DNA of 64,000 nucleotides from Acidobacteriota bacterium (GCA_965205505.1 CBDBHB010000008.1:480001-544000); one strand, 5' to 3'. Numbered from the stretch's first letter, positions 11,061 through 22,558 are shown. A program made the numbers and translations. Notes: a model not told the origin generated them from the letters alone.

Positions 11061-13688
11061 GTGAAACCTCGCATGCTGAGAACCCTTGCACTCATCGCAG
11101 CCCTGCAAATCGCCGCTCCCCCCCCCCAAGAACTGGTTGTCGGTGCGCGCTACGATCCGAGCATTCCGACGCTCGAGGAAGTGGTCGGTCACGACTTTCG
11201 GGAGGAGATCACCCCACCCGACGAGATCGTTCTCTATATGGAGACGCTCGCCGCGGTGGCGCCGCAGCGCACGCGTCTGATTCAGTACGCGGAGAGCTGG
11301 GAGGGCCGCCCGCTGGTCGTCATGGTGATCGGCTCGGCGGAACGCATAGCGCGGCTCGACGAGGTCAAGGCCGACCTGCGACGACTCGCCTACCCCGAAG
11401 GTCTCTCGGAGGCCGAGGCAGCCGAGCTCATCGGTCGGCTGCCTGTCGTGACGGCCCTCATGCACGGGGTGCATGGAAACGAGATCAGCTCCAACGGCGC
11501 CGCCATGGCCGAGGCATACCACCTGCTCGCGGCGCAGGGAGACGCCACCGTCGACCTGATTCTCGCGGAGTCGCTGGTACTCATCGATCCGGCCGAGAAC
11601 CCGGACGGGCGTGCCCGATTCGTACAACAAAACACCATGGGACAGGCTCGCTGGCCCGACCCGGCGCCCTTCTCCGCCGAGCACGACGAACCCTGGCCGG
11701 GCGGACGCGTGAACCACTACCTGTTCGACCTCAACCGCGACCTGTTTATCCAGAGCCAGTCGGAGACGCGCGGCAAGGTGAAGTTGTTCCTCGACTTCTG
11801 GCCGCAGATCGTCGTCGACCTGCACGAGATGGGGGGCGACGCGACCTACTTCTTCCCGCCCACGGCGCCGCCATCCAACCCGTGGTACGGCGAGCGTCAG
11901 ATCGCCCTGATGGACGTGTTCGGACGTGCCAACGCGACGGCGTTCGATCGGCGTGGCTTCGCCTATTTCAACCGCGACGTCTACGACCTCTTTTACCCCG
12001 GTTATGTCGACATGTGGCCGATGGGCCACGGGGCACTCGGCATGACCTACGAGCAGGCCTCGGCTCGGGCGCTCGTGCTGAAGCGCTCCGACGGCGATCT
12101 GCTGACCTACGGCGACGGCGTGCTGCACCATTTCACCGCGGCGATCACCAGCGCCGAGACTGCGGCCCGCAACCGTGAGGGAATCCTGCGCGATTACCTG
12201 GAATTTCGACGCGAGGGCATCGAGCTCGGCCAGCGGGGGCCGGCAGAGCTCGTGCTGCACTCCTCGCACGACCCCGGGATGGCGGAGCGACTGGCGCGCA
12301 TGCTGGCTCGAAACGGGATCGAGGTACGGGAAGCTACCGGTGCTGTCACGGTCGGAGACCGCACGCTGCCAGCCGTCGGCACCTACATCGTACCCATGGC
12401 GCAGCCGGCGCATCGCTTCGCGCACAACCTGCTGGACGAGCACGTGCCGATGGACGAGGACTTCGTCCGCCGACAGCTAGAGCTGCGCGATGAGCGCAAG
12501 CGCGACGAGATCTACGACCTGACAGCATGGAGCCAGCCGCTGCTATGGGACGTCGAGGTGCTCGAGGCGGAGACGGCGACCGGCGCCGCCGGCAGCGCCA
12601 TGACGCCCGAGCCGCCCGCGATCGGAGCCGACACAACGCTTCCACCGGCCCAGGTCGGCTACCTGATTCCGTGGGGCACCAATGGTGCAGCGACGGTCGC
12701 CGAGGCGCTTCGCGAGGGTATCCGCGTACGCTCGGGCGGCGGTGAGTTCACCCTCGGAGACCGACAGTACGCCGTCGGAACAGCGATCGTCCGCACGGTG
12801 GAGAACGGGCCGGATCTGAGGGAGCGGCTGGGTCGAATCGCCGCGACCCACCGGGCCGAGGTCGTTGCCATCGACGACTCCTATGTACGCGACGGCATGT
12901 CGCTCGGAAGCCGGCGCGTCTCGGCGCTGCGGGATCCGCGCGTCATGCTGGTCTACGACGCGCCAGGAAGATCCTACTCGGTTGGCTGGGCTCGGTACGT
13001 GCTCGAGCGCCGCTACGGTGTGCGCACCACCGCGGTGCGCGCTTCGAGCCTCGGGCGGGCGGCGCTCAGCGACTTCGACGTCATCGTCTTTCCCAGCGGA
13101 GACTATGAAGGCTCCGTCGATTCCGGGATGCTCGACGCGATCCACCGATGGATGCGAGAAGGCGGAACCATCATCACGCTGGCCGAGTCGACGCGCTGGG
13201 CATCGCGCTCGGGTCTGCTGGCAACCACGGCGGAGCGGCGCGGCGGCCGCGCCGAGGACGATGACCCCGACGCAGGCGATACACCCGAGCAACCGATCGA
13301 GTACCTGGAAGAGATCGTGCCCGAGGACGAGTCGCCAGAATCCGTCCCGGGCGCCATCCTGCGCGTGGTGCTCGACACCGATCACTGGCTGGCAGCCGGC
13401 ACGGATGGTGAGATCGGCGTGCTCGTCGAGGGAACCCGTGTGTTTCGTCCCGTCAAACTGGACGACGGAACCAACGTCGGTCGCTACGGTGAGCTCGACA
13501 ACCTGCTGCTGAGCGGCATCGTCTGGGACGAGGGCCGCCCGCAGCTCGCCAGCAAGGCGTTCCTGATCCACCAGCCAGTCGGGCGAGGCCAAATCGTCGC
13601 CTTCGCGGAGGATCCGAACTACCGGGCATACACCGAGGCAACCCAGCTCCTGTTTATCAACGCGGTGCTACTGGGGCCGGGACGGTAG
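11061..13688 (+). CDS. M14-family zinc carboxypeptidase, secreted
   Basis: HGVHGNE, NPDGR, GRVNHYLFDLNRD, DLHEMG; N-terminal signal peptide. Confidence 0.9.
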   Translation: MKPRMLRTLALIAALQIAAPPPQELVVGARYDPSIPTLEEVVGHDFREEITPPDEIVLYMETLAAVAPQRTRLIQYAESWEGRPLVVMVIGSAERIARLDEVKADLRRLAYPEGLSEAEAAELIGRLPVVTALMHGVHGNEISSNGAAMAEAYHLLAAQGDATVDLILAESLVLIDPAENPDGRARFVQQNTMGQARWPDPAPFSAEHDEPWPGGRVNHYLFDLNRDLFIQSQSETRGKVKLFLDFWPQIVVDLHEMGGDATYFFPPTAPPSNPWYGERQIALMDVFGRANATAFDRRGFAYFNRDVYDLFYPGYVDMWPMGHGALGMTYEQASARALVLKRSDGDLLTYGDGVLHHFTAAITSAETAARNREGILRDYLEFRREGIELGQRGPAELVLHSSHDPGMAERLARMLARNGIEVREATGAVTVGDRTLPAVGTYIVPMAQPAHRFAHNLLDEHVPMDEDFVRRQLELRDERKRDEIYDLTAWSQPLLWDVEVLEAETATGAAGSAMTPEPPAIGADTTLPPAQVGYLIPWGTNGAATVAEALREGIRVRSGGGEFTLGDRQYAVGTAIVRTVENGPDLRERLGRIAATHRAEVVAIDDSYVRDGMSLGSRRVSALRDPRVMLVYDAPGRSYSVGWARYVLERRYGVRTTAVRASSLGRAALSDFDVIVFPSGDYEGSVDSGMLDAIHRWMREGGTIITLAESTRWASRSGLLATTAERRGGRAEDDDPDAGDTPEQPIEYLEEIVPEDESPESVPGAILRVVLDTDHWLAAGTDGEIGVLVEGTRVFRPVKLDDGTNVGRYGELDNLLLSGIVWDEGRPQLASKAFLIHQPVGRGQIVAFAEDPNYRAYTEATQLLFINAVLLGPGR

Positions 13689-13762
13689 AGTCAGTAGGTG
13701 TACACGACCTGCGCCTCGCCGCGCTCGCCAATTACCGCTCGGTAGTGAGCGACCATCCGCTC

Positions 13763-13892
13763 GGTACTGTCAAGTTAAGTCGAAATCGGCAAGAAACGCG
13801 TGACCCGTAGGACAGGAACCCCTGGTATTCGGGCCTTTGCGGTCTGGGTGAGGCGCCTAAGCGGGCAAGAATCGGCTTAACTTGACAGTACC
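13763..13892. mobile_element. 130-bp MITE with IS6-like terminal inverted repeats
   Basis: GGTACTGTCAAGTTAAGTCGA ... TCGGCTTAACTTGACAGTACC; no transposase and no target duplication. Confidence 0.75.
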
Positions 13893-14885
13893 CTGGTAGG
13901 TGCCCTCATAGCGCAGCGGCAGCCTGCCGGCGCGTTCGAGACGGGCCAGCAGGCCGTAGACGTGGTCCTCGTAGCCGAAATTGCCGCCCTCGTAGACCAT
14001 CGTAACGCCTTTCTCCAGCAGCGTCTGCAGAAACGCCACCACGCTGGCCTCGTGCACGTCGGTATCGACGTCGAACTGCGAAGCTAGGTGCTGCCAGCCC
14101 GCACCCTCCTTGACCCAACCGGTGGGAACACCGTTGGCGTCGCGAGCGTACATGGCGACCCCGGGTCGCGGATCGGGCGTGCTGGCGTCGATCCCGAGCA
14201 CCTCCAGCGCCTTCGAGTTCAGCCAGTTGCTGTGCCAGGAGCGGCTGGCGATCCACACCGGCCGGTCTGCAACGATGCGGTCGAGGTCCCGTCGGTGCGG
14301 CCCCCTGGACCCGTCGACGAACAGCTCGTTGGGCCAGCAGCAAAGTCGGATCCAGCCCTCCCCTGGATTGCTCTCGACGTGGTTGCGCAGCGATTCGAGG
14401 AACTCCTCGCGGCTGGAGCCGCTGACGGACCCGTCGTAGTCCTCGAGGTCCATGTAACCCGGATGCGTGTGACCGTCGATGAGGCCCGGGATTACCAGAC
14501 GACCCGCCAGATCGACCGTGCGCGTCGCGTTCGACACGAAGGCCGCAGCGCCGGCGTCGTCCCCAACGTAGGTGAGCTCGCCGTCCTCGATCGCGACCGC
14601 AGTAGCCGACGGGTTGCCGTCGTCCATCGTCACGATGTCGCCGCCGGTGAGCACCCAGTCGGCGCCAGCGGCGGATCCACCGCTCCCGTCGTCCCCGGCG
14701 TCGCAGCTCACCGTCAGCGCGATCGTTCCCACCAGAGCCAACAAGAGGCTACCCGAGAGGATCGCGCCGCGCGCTCGCGTCCATAGAGTCATCGGCCTAA
14801 GTAGTCGGACTGCTGCGAGATGCCGGTCACCGGGCGGTTCGCCACGACGCTCGAGGTTAGCGGCTTTATCGCTCTTCCTACTCAT
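13893..14885 (-). pseudogene. Amidohydrolase_3 (YtcJ-like) gene truncated at its 3' end by the MITE
   Basis: DLAGRLVIPGLIDGHTH, HSNWLNSKALE, PTGWVKE; the reading frame runs into the MITE end. Confidence 0.8.
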
Positions 14886-15062
14886 CGGATCCGGCTCCGG
14901 TACCTGTACCTGTACCTGTACCTCGTCGCTCGCTCCATGCGGCTGCGATCCTATCGTACCGCAGGGGGGGGACCCGTCCGGCCCTGCCACGCACCCGACT
15001 CTCCCACGGCGGCTGGCACTGTCGCGACCCCGCCGATCACCTCGACCAGCAAGGGGAATTGG

Positions 15063-15644
15063 CTATTCAGGTATGTCCGGAATCGTCCGATCCAGGCCCC
15101 GAGGGATGTTCTTGTCCGCATCGTAGAACGGCAGCGAGACGATCTCCCCGAAGTGGGACGCGCCCTCGAGATCCTGCACCTCGACCCGCTTACCGAGCCA
15201 CTCACCGGGCTCGTCGAAGAGGGCGAAGCCGACGCCGTGCTGCAGAAACGGAGACCAGGCACCGGCGGTTACGCGGCCGACCTGGCGGCCATCGACCATC
15301 ACCTGCCCGTAGGGCGCAGCATCCGTAGACTTGATGCCATACAGCAGCAAGCGTTGGTCGGCGACCTCGAGTGCCTGCTTGCCGATGAAATCAACCTTGT
15401 CGAGGTGGACGAACTTACCAAGCCCGGCCTGGAAAGGATTATCTGCCCGGGTCATGTCGTTGCCGTTGCTGAGGATGCCGGCCTCGATGCGGCGGCTCTC
15501 CAGGAAGTCCACCGCGGTGCCGACCATCTCGAAGTTCTTCCCGGCCGCCAGGATGTGATTCCACAGCGCCGGCCCGTCGACGTCGCTCATCGTCGTGTAC
15601 ACCTCCCAGCCCAGCTCACCTGTCCAGCCGGTACGCGACAACAC
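15063..15644 (-). pseudogene. C-terminal part of a GcvT-like aminomethyltransferase
   Basis: SRTGWTGELGWE, RIEAG, DFIGKQAL; the N-terminal half is absent. Confidence 0.7.
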
Positions 15645-15666
15645 TGTCTCTCATGCCACCACCGCC

Positions 15667-15840
15667 TCACACGCCCGCCTCGTTCCTTACCGCCTCGAAC
15701 TGCTCGATTGCAAAGGTCAGGTCGTCCTTGGTGTGCGCCGCGGAGACCTGGACGCGGATGCGCGCCTGCTCCTGAGGCACGACCGGGAAGCTGAAGGCGA
15801 TCACGCAGACGCCCTTCTCCAGCAGGTCCTCCGCAAGCAT
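15667..15840 (-). pseudogene. C-terminal fragment of glycine C-acetyltransferase (Kbl-like)
   Basis: Manual translation: [36 protein letters not shown]. Confidence 0.75.
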
Positions 15841-15883
15841 GACCTGCGTCTTGCGCCGCAGCAGCGTCTGTGCCCAGTGGCTC

Positions 15884-16696
15884 TCAGTAGGGCCGATCGG
15901 CGAGGAGCTTCTGGAGTACGTCTCTGCGCAGGCCCATTCTGGTCGCGAAGCGACCCCCCGGATGAGGCAGAAACCAAACGTGCATCATCTGCGGCCCGCG
16001 GTACGAAGGCGTACCGATAGCGCACGTTCCATCGGCGAGGGCTGGAACGTGTGTGGCCCTGCCATTGTTGAAGCATCGCACCCTTGACCAGGTATGGAAG
16101 TGCCAGAGGGTTAGCGGGCCACCTATCTGCGGCCCTTCGTCCTCCGGGCTGTTCACGATGAACATGAAGGCGAGCAGTTTCTTGCCTAGCGCTTCGCCGG
16201 AGTACATCAGAAACTCGGGGCGCTGCGGATCAAGGACACGCTCATCGTTGATGAAGTCGGTGTTTAGGTAGTGCGAGCGATCCCCAGGCATGGGCTGGTA
16301 GCCGTCCGCTAGGGCCTGCTCCAAGTCCAGCCAGCCGTGTGCTTTGGCACTGGCAACACTCGTTGCCAGCAGCTCATCGGCAGCCCCTTGCTGCTCAGCA
16401 GTCGGCTCTGAGTTCGGGAACCGGTTGAGCTCGTATATCAGCATGCCTGTAGCCGGCGGCTTCATGTCCACCTCGGATTCCGGACCACAGCCAAGCCTCT
16501 TTCCATCGCTCTGCCACATGCAGACCTCGCGTTCGACGCTGAGGCCGGTCGGTGGGGTGTCAGCTTGATCGGCGGCATTTGCCGAGGCGGCGATCAAAGC
16601 AGCAACGGCGGCAGCGCTCGCCAACCGCAAGACAGCGCTTAATCGCCTTCGGGGCCTTTGCGTTGTTGGAGCGAACTTGACTGCGTCTTGAACCAT
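15884..16696 (-). CDS. Hypothetical secreted protein
   Basis: Signal-like [14 protein letters not shown]; motifs HY.N.....D..LDP.RPE.LMY, GG.LT.WH.H and MMHVW. Confidence 0.6.
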   Translation of the reverse strand: MVQDAVKFAPTTQRPRRRLSAVLRLASAAAVAALIAASANAADQADTPPTGLSVEREVCMWQSDGKRLGCGPESEVDMKPPATGMLIYELNRFPNSEPTAEQQGAADELLATSVASAKAHGWLDLEQALADGYQPMPGDRSHYLNTDFINDERVLDPQRPEFLMYSGEALGKKLLAFMFIVNSPEDEGPQIGGPLTLWHFHTWSRVRCFNNGRATHVPALADGTCAIGTPSYRGPQMMHVWFLPHPGGRFATRMGLRRDVLQKLLADRPY

Positions 16697-16731
16697 GTCT
16701 TGGGTCCACCGTTCAGATCTGATGCCTATTA

Positions 16732-17009
16732 CTAGTGGCCTGTAACAGATGATCGTTGCATATCGTGGTGGCGAAATAGGTCCGGATGCCAGGCGCGACG
16801 ACGAGACGATGTTTGCCCATCGTGGAGGAGGAGCAACGCCGCAGACGGGCCGATTTCGCCGCCATCCTCCGGACAGATGGGCAGTTGCGGGCGATATCGG
16901 CGTTGCGCCTCGTCGACGATGCCCACTGCATCGCCTTCCTCCCCGCTCCTTGATCTCACCCGCAAATCCCATCTGCGATATGCAACGATCATCTGTTACA
17001 GGCCACTAG
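16732..17009. mobile_element. CTAG-flanked 270-bp palindromic element, type A
   Basis: CTAG at 16732-35 and 17006-09; perfect 30-bp TIR TGGCCTGTAACAGATGATCGTTGCATATCG; two internal hairpin half-units. Confidence 0.85.
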
Positions 17010-17063
17010 TCGTATTCATGGCTCTTGCCGAGCTCATTTGTTCCTAGCCGCGACTTCCGAGAT

Positions 17064-17118
17064 CGACCTGACCCCGTGGTTAGTACCCACTCTTATCTCA
17101 CCAACTCGGTGCTGACAA
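17064..17118 (-). mobile_element. Isolated right end of the same IS3 seen at 1-494
   Basis: Near match to the reverse complement of ~440-494 (GACCTGACCCC..GGTTAGTACC...CTTATCTCA..AACTCGGTGCTGACAA). Confidence 0.75.
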
Positions 17119-17199
17119 GATGAGACGAGAAGGCCAGCCACTTCGTGGGGTCGGTTCTGAACCCCACCCTCATCGGTCGTGAACTCTATGTTGCGTTCG

Positions 17200-17285
17200 G
17201 GCTCGACGGGCATGCTCGCTCCGTCCAGGAAGTCGCGACGGTTGATCTCCCGGCTCATGCCCAGCTCGCGGTCGCTCTTCTTCAA
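17200..17285 (-). pseudogene. 5' remnant of a fourth SpdH-like oxidoreductase
   Basis: KKSDRELGMSREINRRDFLDG matches the N-termini of the genes at 24338, 26410 and 30371. Confidence 0.7.
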
Positions 17286-17306
17286 ACGTCTCCTGGGGAA
17301 GAGCCC

Positions 17307-17585
17307 CTAGTGCTCCTGATCATAAGTACGGTGACGTTTGCAGGAGCGAGATGCGGGCGAGATCAAGGAAGGGTGAGGAAGGCGATGCCTTAGCCATCCT
17401 CGACGAACCCTGACGCCGAGATCGCCCGCATAACGCTCCTGCCCTCCGGGTGGCCGCGGGACCGGCCACCTTGGGCGTCGCGGCGCCTCGACGATACACC
17501 CAGCATCGCCCTCGTCGCCGCTCCTACAATTCGTCCCGGTCGCGCGCGCCACAAACGTCACCGTACTTATGATCAGGAGCACTAG
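17307..17585. mobile_element. CTAG-flanked 271-bp palindromic element, type B
   Basis: CTAG at 17307-10 and 17582-85; perfect 30-bp TIR TGCTCCTGATCATAAGTACGGTGACGTTTG; same internal motifs as type A. Confidence 0.85.
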
Positions 17586-19057
17586 TCTTGATTGCGGATC
17601 GAGTACAGGCGGCTCTGAGTCCGCAGGAGCAAGCGATCACCGACGATGGCGGGCGAGGCGAGCGTCCACTCGTTCAGGTCGTTGATATGGGACAGCCGGT
17701 ACTCCCGGCCGGCCTCGATCACGAAGGTGTCGCCTTCCTCGCCCATCGCGAAGATCTTGCCGTTGTATGCCCACGGCGTTGTGGTAAACGCTCCGGCGCC
17801 CCGTGCGACGCGGGAGCGATACAATCGCTCGCCGGTCGCGACATCGTAACGGGCGAAGATGCCTTTCTCGGTGAGCACGTACAAAGCGCCGTCGTAGATG
17901 ATCGGCGTCGGCAGATACGTGCCGCCGGCGACAGGGTTGTACCAGACGACATACTCGTTCTTGTCCGCCGGCGCTTTCGGGGTGATGTCTCCCAACGCGC
18001 CCGGACGGATCGAAGCGATGGCCCTGTTTTGCTGTCCGGAGGACCCGGAGGTCACGAAGAGGTGGCCGCCCCAGACGAACGGACTCTGGATGGTCGTGGT
18101 CGCCATGCCGTGCATCCACCACAGCTCCTCGCCCTCCAGGCTATAGCTGATGACTGCGCGGGGTCCGACCGTCACGATCTCGGTGCGCAGCTCGTGCTCC
18201 CAAACGAAGGGCGTCGACCAGCCGGTCCTTCGCCCTTCGCCCAAGTCGCGCAGCGTGCGCCACAGCTCCTTGCCGGTCCGTTTGTCGAACGCGGCGATGA
18301 AGCCCTGCTCTTCGTTGTCGTTCAATACGATCACGCGGTCACCATGAAGCGCGGGAGATGCGCCGGTGCCGAAATCCCGGACCTTCTGAAACAGCTTCAA
18401 CGGCGTCGCCCACACCGGGTTCCCGTCCAAGTCGAAGGCGAAGAGCCCAAGGTGTCCTAAGTAGACGTAGACGCGCTCACCGTCCGTCACTGGTGTCTCG
18501 GACGCGAAGCTGTTCTTTCGGTGGCGCCCGCCCGGCGGGTTGCCGTGGTAGACCTGACGCTCCCAGAGGCGCGCGCCGCTCGCGAGATCGAAGCAGTAGA
18601 GCATCAGGTCGATTACGACCTCGTGTGGCATCTCGCGATCGCGCTCATAGAGCCGGTCGTTGGCCTCCTCGCTCGACAAACCCTCGGCGCGCAGCTCCGC
18701 GAGGTACTCATTACTGAAATCGGTCCCCAACGAGGGCTGCTTCATCGGCCGATCGCTGACGGCTGAAGTCAGGAAGACCTTGCCGTCCCAGACGATTGGC
18801 GAAGACCATCCGACGCCGGGTACCTCGATCACCCACTCGACGTTTTCGTTCGTCGACCACCGCTCCGGCAGCCTCGGGTTGTCGGCGATGGGGAGGGAAT
18901 CGGGCCCCAGGAAGCGAGGCCAGTTGTGCGTGGGCTTGTCCTCGTCAACGGCCTGGAGAGGACGTGCCCCGGTCGGAGCGGGAGGTTCCTGTCGGACTTC
19001 GGCAGCAACGCAGCCCACCGCGACCAGCAAAGCTACAATCGCCCGGCTAGCGCTCAT
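17582..19057 (-). CDS. PQQ-binding-like beta-propeller protein
   Basis: NWPRFLGP, GWSSPIVW, ASETPVTDGERVY, GWSTP, ASPAIVGDRLLLRT. Confidence 0.85.
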   Translation of the reverse strand: MSASRAIVALLVAVGCVAAEVRQEPPAPTGARPLQAVDEDKPTHNWPRFLGPDSLPIADNPRLPERWSTNENVEWVIEVPGVGWSSPIVWDGKVFLTSAVSDRPMKQPSLGTDFSNEYLAELRAEGLSSEEANDRLYERDREMPHEVVIDLMLYCFDLASGARLWERQVYHGNPPGGRHRKNSFASETPVTDGERVYVYLGHLGLFAFDLDGNPVWATPLKLFQKVRDFGTGASPALHGDRVIVLNDNEEQGFIAAFDKRTGKELWRTLRDLGEGRRTGWSTPFVWEHELRTEIVTVGPRAVISYSLEGEELWWMHGMATTTIQSPFVWGGHLFVTSGSSGQQNRAIASIRPGALGDITPKAPADKNEYVVWYNPVAGGTYLPTPIIYDGALYVLTEKGIFARYDVATGERLYRSRVARGAGAFTTTPWAYNGKIFAMGEEGDTFVIEAGREYRLSHINDLNEWTLASPAIVGDRLLLRTQSRLYSIRNQD

Positions 19058-19282
19058 CGATCAGTCCTCCACGAATTCGGCGGCAATCCGATTGCTATTC
19101 ATGGGCCGCTGGTTTGCTCGAACCTGCCCGGGATCCACTGATTGTGCACGATCAGCCGCGGATAGCTGAGCCGGCGTGCCGATGGCCGCGCGGGTGCTAC
19201 GGGACGGATCAAAGAACGCGATGGGCGCACTCGATGCAATCGAGGATACGCCACCGGTTGTGGCGCACCGGCGCGTGCGAGA

Positions 19283-20875
19283 ATGCCGCCGGCAACGTTC
19301 CCCACGCAGGAGGACACCTTGAACGGATACAGAGGTGCGATCGTGCCGATCGCCGCGGTGCTGCTGCTTATCGGAGCCGCGCAGCAGGGCCAACCCGGAG
19401 TCGATCAGGAGATGGTTGCGCGCATCCGCGAGGAGGGATTCCACCGCTCGCAACTCGCCGACACCCTCTCCTACATGACCGACGTGCTCGGCGCGCGCCT
19501 GACGCTGTCCGACGACATGAAGCGGGCACAGCGCTGGGCGATCGGTGAGATGGAGCGGATCGGGTTGCGCAACACAGTCATCGAGCCTTTCATGGACTAC
19601 GGCGTGAGCTGGGACAACGAGTACGTGTCGCTGCACATGATCGAGCCCGACTACCAGCCAATGGTGGGCTACCCGCTGACGCACACACCTGGCACGGAGG
19701 GTCGGCTCCGGCTGCAGGTCGTCCTCGCCGACGTGCGGATGCGGGGCGATCTCGAGCCGTTGCGCGGCCGACTCGGTGGCAAGGCCGTGCTTTCGACCCC
19801 GCCGGCGGTGATCGACCTGGCACGGCTGAACGCGGGCGTTCCGCGGCGGACCACCGAAGAGCTGCGGGAGATCGCCGGGGCCGCCGCCATCCCGCCGCGG
19901 CCGAGGCCTCGCACTCCGCGAAACCCGGACCTGCTGACCGACGACGAGCGGATGGCGTTCTACAAGGCCGAGGGCGCAACGCTGATGCTCGAGTCGCGCA
20001 GCGGCTGGCCGGGCGCGGTCCGTGGCTTTGCCCGGCCCGGCACCAAGGTCGACATGTGGGGACGCGACGAGAGCCTCGAGTCGCTGCCGATCGTCGCGGT
20101 AACACCCGAGCACTACAACCGTATGGTCCGTATCCGGCAGCGCGGCATCGATGTGGCGATCGAGGTGGAGATCCGCAATCGGATCGGCGCAGCGCGCCAG
20201 CAGGCGAGCAACGTGCTCGGCGATATCCCCGGCTCCGATCTCGCCGACGAGCTGGTGATGCTCGGCGCTCACTTCGACACCTGGCATGCGAGCCCCAACG
20301 CCGCCGACAACACGTCGGGCGTGGCGGTGATGCTGGAGGCCGCCCGGATTCTCACGGCGCTCGGCGTGCAGCCGCGCCGCACCATTCGCGTTGCGCTGTG
20401 GGCGGGAGAGGAGCAGGGTCTCTTCGGCTCACGCGAGTACGTCAAGCAGCACTTCGGCGACCCGGCCGACGCGAGCGTTGGGCGGACGCCGGCCTACGAG
20501 AAGTTCTCGGTGTACTTCAACCAGGACTACGGGCCGGGGCAGTACCGCGGCATCTACCTGCAGGGCAACGAACATGTGCGGCAGACCTTCGCGGCCTGGA
20601 TGGAGCCATTCCGCGACCTCGGCATGACCACGATCGCGTCGACCGGGGTGGGTAGCACCGACCACGTGTCGTTCGACAACGCCGGCCTGCCAGGCTTCCA
20701 GTTCCTGCAGGACCGCGCGGGCGGCACCGGCGGGCACACCAACCTCGATTTCTTCGACACGCTGCCGATCGACGACCTGATGAAGAACGCGGTGATCGTC
20801 GCAGCGTTCGTCTACCACGCGGCGATGAGCGACGAGCGCGTTCCGCGCAAGGACATCCCTAACAGGCCGTGGTGA
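19283..20875 (+). CDS. M28/M20-family metallopeptidase (start probably TTG 19319)
   Basis: GAHFDTW, ADNTSG, WAGEEQGLFGS, STDHVSF. Confidence 0.88.
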   Translation: MPPATFPTQEDTLNGYRGAIVPIAAVLLLIGAAQQGQPGVDQEMVARIREEGFHRSQLADTLSYMTDVLGARLTLSDDMKRAQRWAIGEMERIGLRNTVIEPFMDYGVSWDNEYVSLHMIEPDYQPMVGYPLTHTPGTEGRLRLQVVLADVRMRGDLEPLRGRLGGKAVLSTPPAVIDLARLNAGVPRRTTEELREIAGAAAIPPRPRPRTPRNPDLLTDDERMAFYKAEGATLMLESRSGWPGAVRGFARPGTKVDMWGRDESLESLPIVAVTPEHYNRMVRIRQRGIDVAIEVEIRNRIGAARQQASNVLGDIPGSDLADELVMLGAHFDTWHASPNAADNTSGVAVMLEAARILTALGVQPRRTIRVALWAGEEQGLFGSREYVKQHFGDPADASVGRTPAYEKFSVYFNQDYGPGQYRGIYLQGNEHVRQTFAAWMEPFRDLGMTTIASTGVGSTDHVSFDNAGLPGFQFLQDRAGGTGGHTNLDFFDTLPIDDLMKNAVIVAAFVYHAAMSDERVPRKDIPNRPW

Positions 20876-20896
20876 AAGTGTGGTGGGCCTGGTTAC
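20859..20896. repeat. Orphan left TIR of the type-C element at the end of the M28 gene
   Basis: CTAA followed by CAGGCCGTGGTGAAAGTGTGGTGGGCCTGG (29/30 match to the type-C TIR). Confidence 0.75.
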
Positions 20897-21009
20897 CCAT
20901 AGCATCGTCAGCCGGCCCTCGCGAGCCACGCCACGTACTCCGCGTGATCGAGCACTGGTCTGCGGCCCTCCCTCGATACCACGAGCTGTTCGATCAACGC
21001 ACCGGCGGT

Positions 21010-22180
21010 TCAGCGACTGCCGAGAGCGTACAGATGCCCATCCGCGCTGCCCACATACAGCACGCCGTCGCGCAACACCGGTGAGGACAGGAACGCGCCG
21101 AGGTCGAGGAACATCTCCACCGCCGCGGCGGCTTTGTCTACCGTGTACCCACCGCCGAAGAGCTTCTCGGCATCCCAGCCGCCGTCCGGCAGCAGGATGC
21201 CGTGGGTGTCCTGCATGCTGGCGTCCGTACGAAACTGCCATCTGACGTCCCCGCTGACCGCATCGATAGCGAACAAGAGGCCGCCACAGGTTCCGATGTA
21301 GAAGGTCTCACCGACGATCGCCGGTGACGCGTAGATGCAGGTAGCCAGAGAAACGCCGAACAGCTCCTCGCCGGTCGTCGCGTCGATCGCGCGCAACATA
21401 TTGGTGTCTGAGGTGCCAACGTAGACGCGGTTACCGTAGATGGCGACAGAGCCCAGAACCCATGACCCGCTGGTGTCGAACTTCCACAGGGCGTCTCCGG
21501 TACGGGCGTCGACAACGTGCATGCCGCCGTCGCGGCCGCCAACGTAGACTCGGCCGTTGGCGATGACCGGCGAGGACTGCAGGCCGTGCTGGTTGTAATA
21601 GGTGGGGTCGACGCCGGCCTGGAAGTGCCAGCGCTCCTCGCCCGTGATGGCGTCCACCGCGTAGAGACGACTCTCCATATTGCCGACGTAGACGGTGCCC
21701 TCGGCAATCGCCGGAGTGGAGTGCATCGTGTCGGCCGTCTCGAACGCCCATCGCTCGGCACCGCTATGCGCATCGAGCGCATAAAGTACCCCCTCGCCGG
21801 TGCCGAAGTAGATGACACCGTCGGCGACCACCGGCGACGACAAGAAGAAATCCCACGAGTCGGTGTGCACCTCTCCTTGCGGGGTCATGCCATCGAGATT
21901 CGCGGCGCGCCAGCGGCGCTCGCCGCTGGGCTCGAACCTCCAGACGAGTGCGCCCGAGTCAGCATTCAAGGCGTAGAAGACACCGTCGTAGCTACCGAAG
22001 AAGACGAGCCCGTCGGCAACCGCGGGCGAGGAGCGCACCTGCCCGCCAGTTTCGAAGCGCCACGCCTCACGACCCGTTTCGATGTCGACCGCGTAAAGGG
22101 CGCCGTCGTCGCTGCCGAAATAGACCCTGTCACCGATCACCGCCGGCGAGGAAAGCACCCGCCCGCCGGTGGCAAAACTC
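21010..22180 (-). pseudogene. PQQ-repeat beta-propeller protein, 5' truncated
   Basis: Repeated SSP.V.DG.VYFGS.DG.LYA.DA.TG...W.F; no signal peptide or start codon upstream. Confidence 0.7.
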
Positions 22181-22185
22181 CAGAC

Positions 22186-22442
22186 AATGGAGGGCTCCTG
22201 CTCGACGCATGGAGGCCTGGGGAAAATGGTTCGAGTCGATCGCCGACAAGCAGCTCGACCAGGGCGGTTTCAGCAGTGGGCGTGAGATCTCAAAAAGCGG
22301 AACCGAAGATCTGCCGTGGGGCATGGAGACCATCACCGGCTTCAATATCATCGAAGCCGAAGATCTCGACGCGGCGGAAAGAATCGCACAAGAAAACCCA
22401 TACATCGCAAGCATCAGGGTCTATGAAATTAGGTCGATGTAG
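22186..22442 (+). pseudogene. YCII-related protein fragment
   Basis: [11 protein letters not shown]...ITGFNIIEAEDLDAAERIA...IRVYEI. Confidence 0.65.
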
Positions 22443-22558
22443 GCCGATGGCCCGACCCGGCGCGCGTCATCGTCACCGGCCTGCGGGCTCCTCAGGAGGG
22501 GGCTCCGCAGGCGCCGATCGGTCGAGTTCGACGGCAGAAGCGTAAGCGCGATCTTACG

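Noticed and set aside
14900-14923. GTACCT hexamer repeat (and GGTCGA x3 near 32505)
   Set aside because: Too short, and no demonstrable effect on a functional gene.
17307-17582. Small ORFs inside the palindromic elements (also 16732..16992, 16749..17009, 23859..24209)
   Set aside because: They arise symmetrically from the TIRs and are not conserved between element types.
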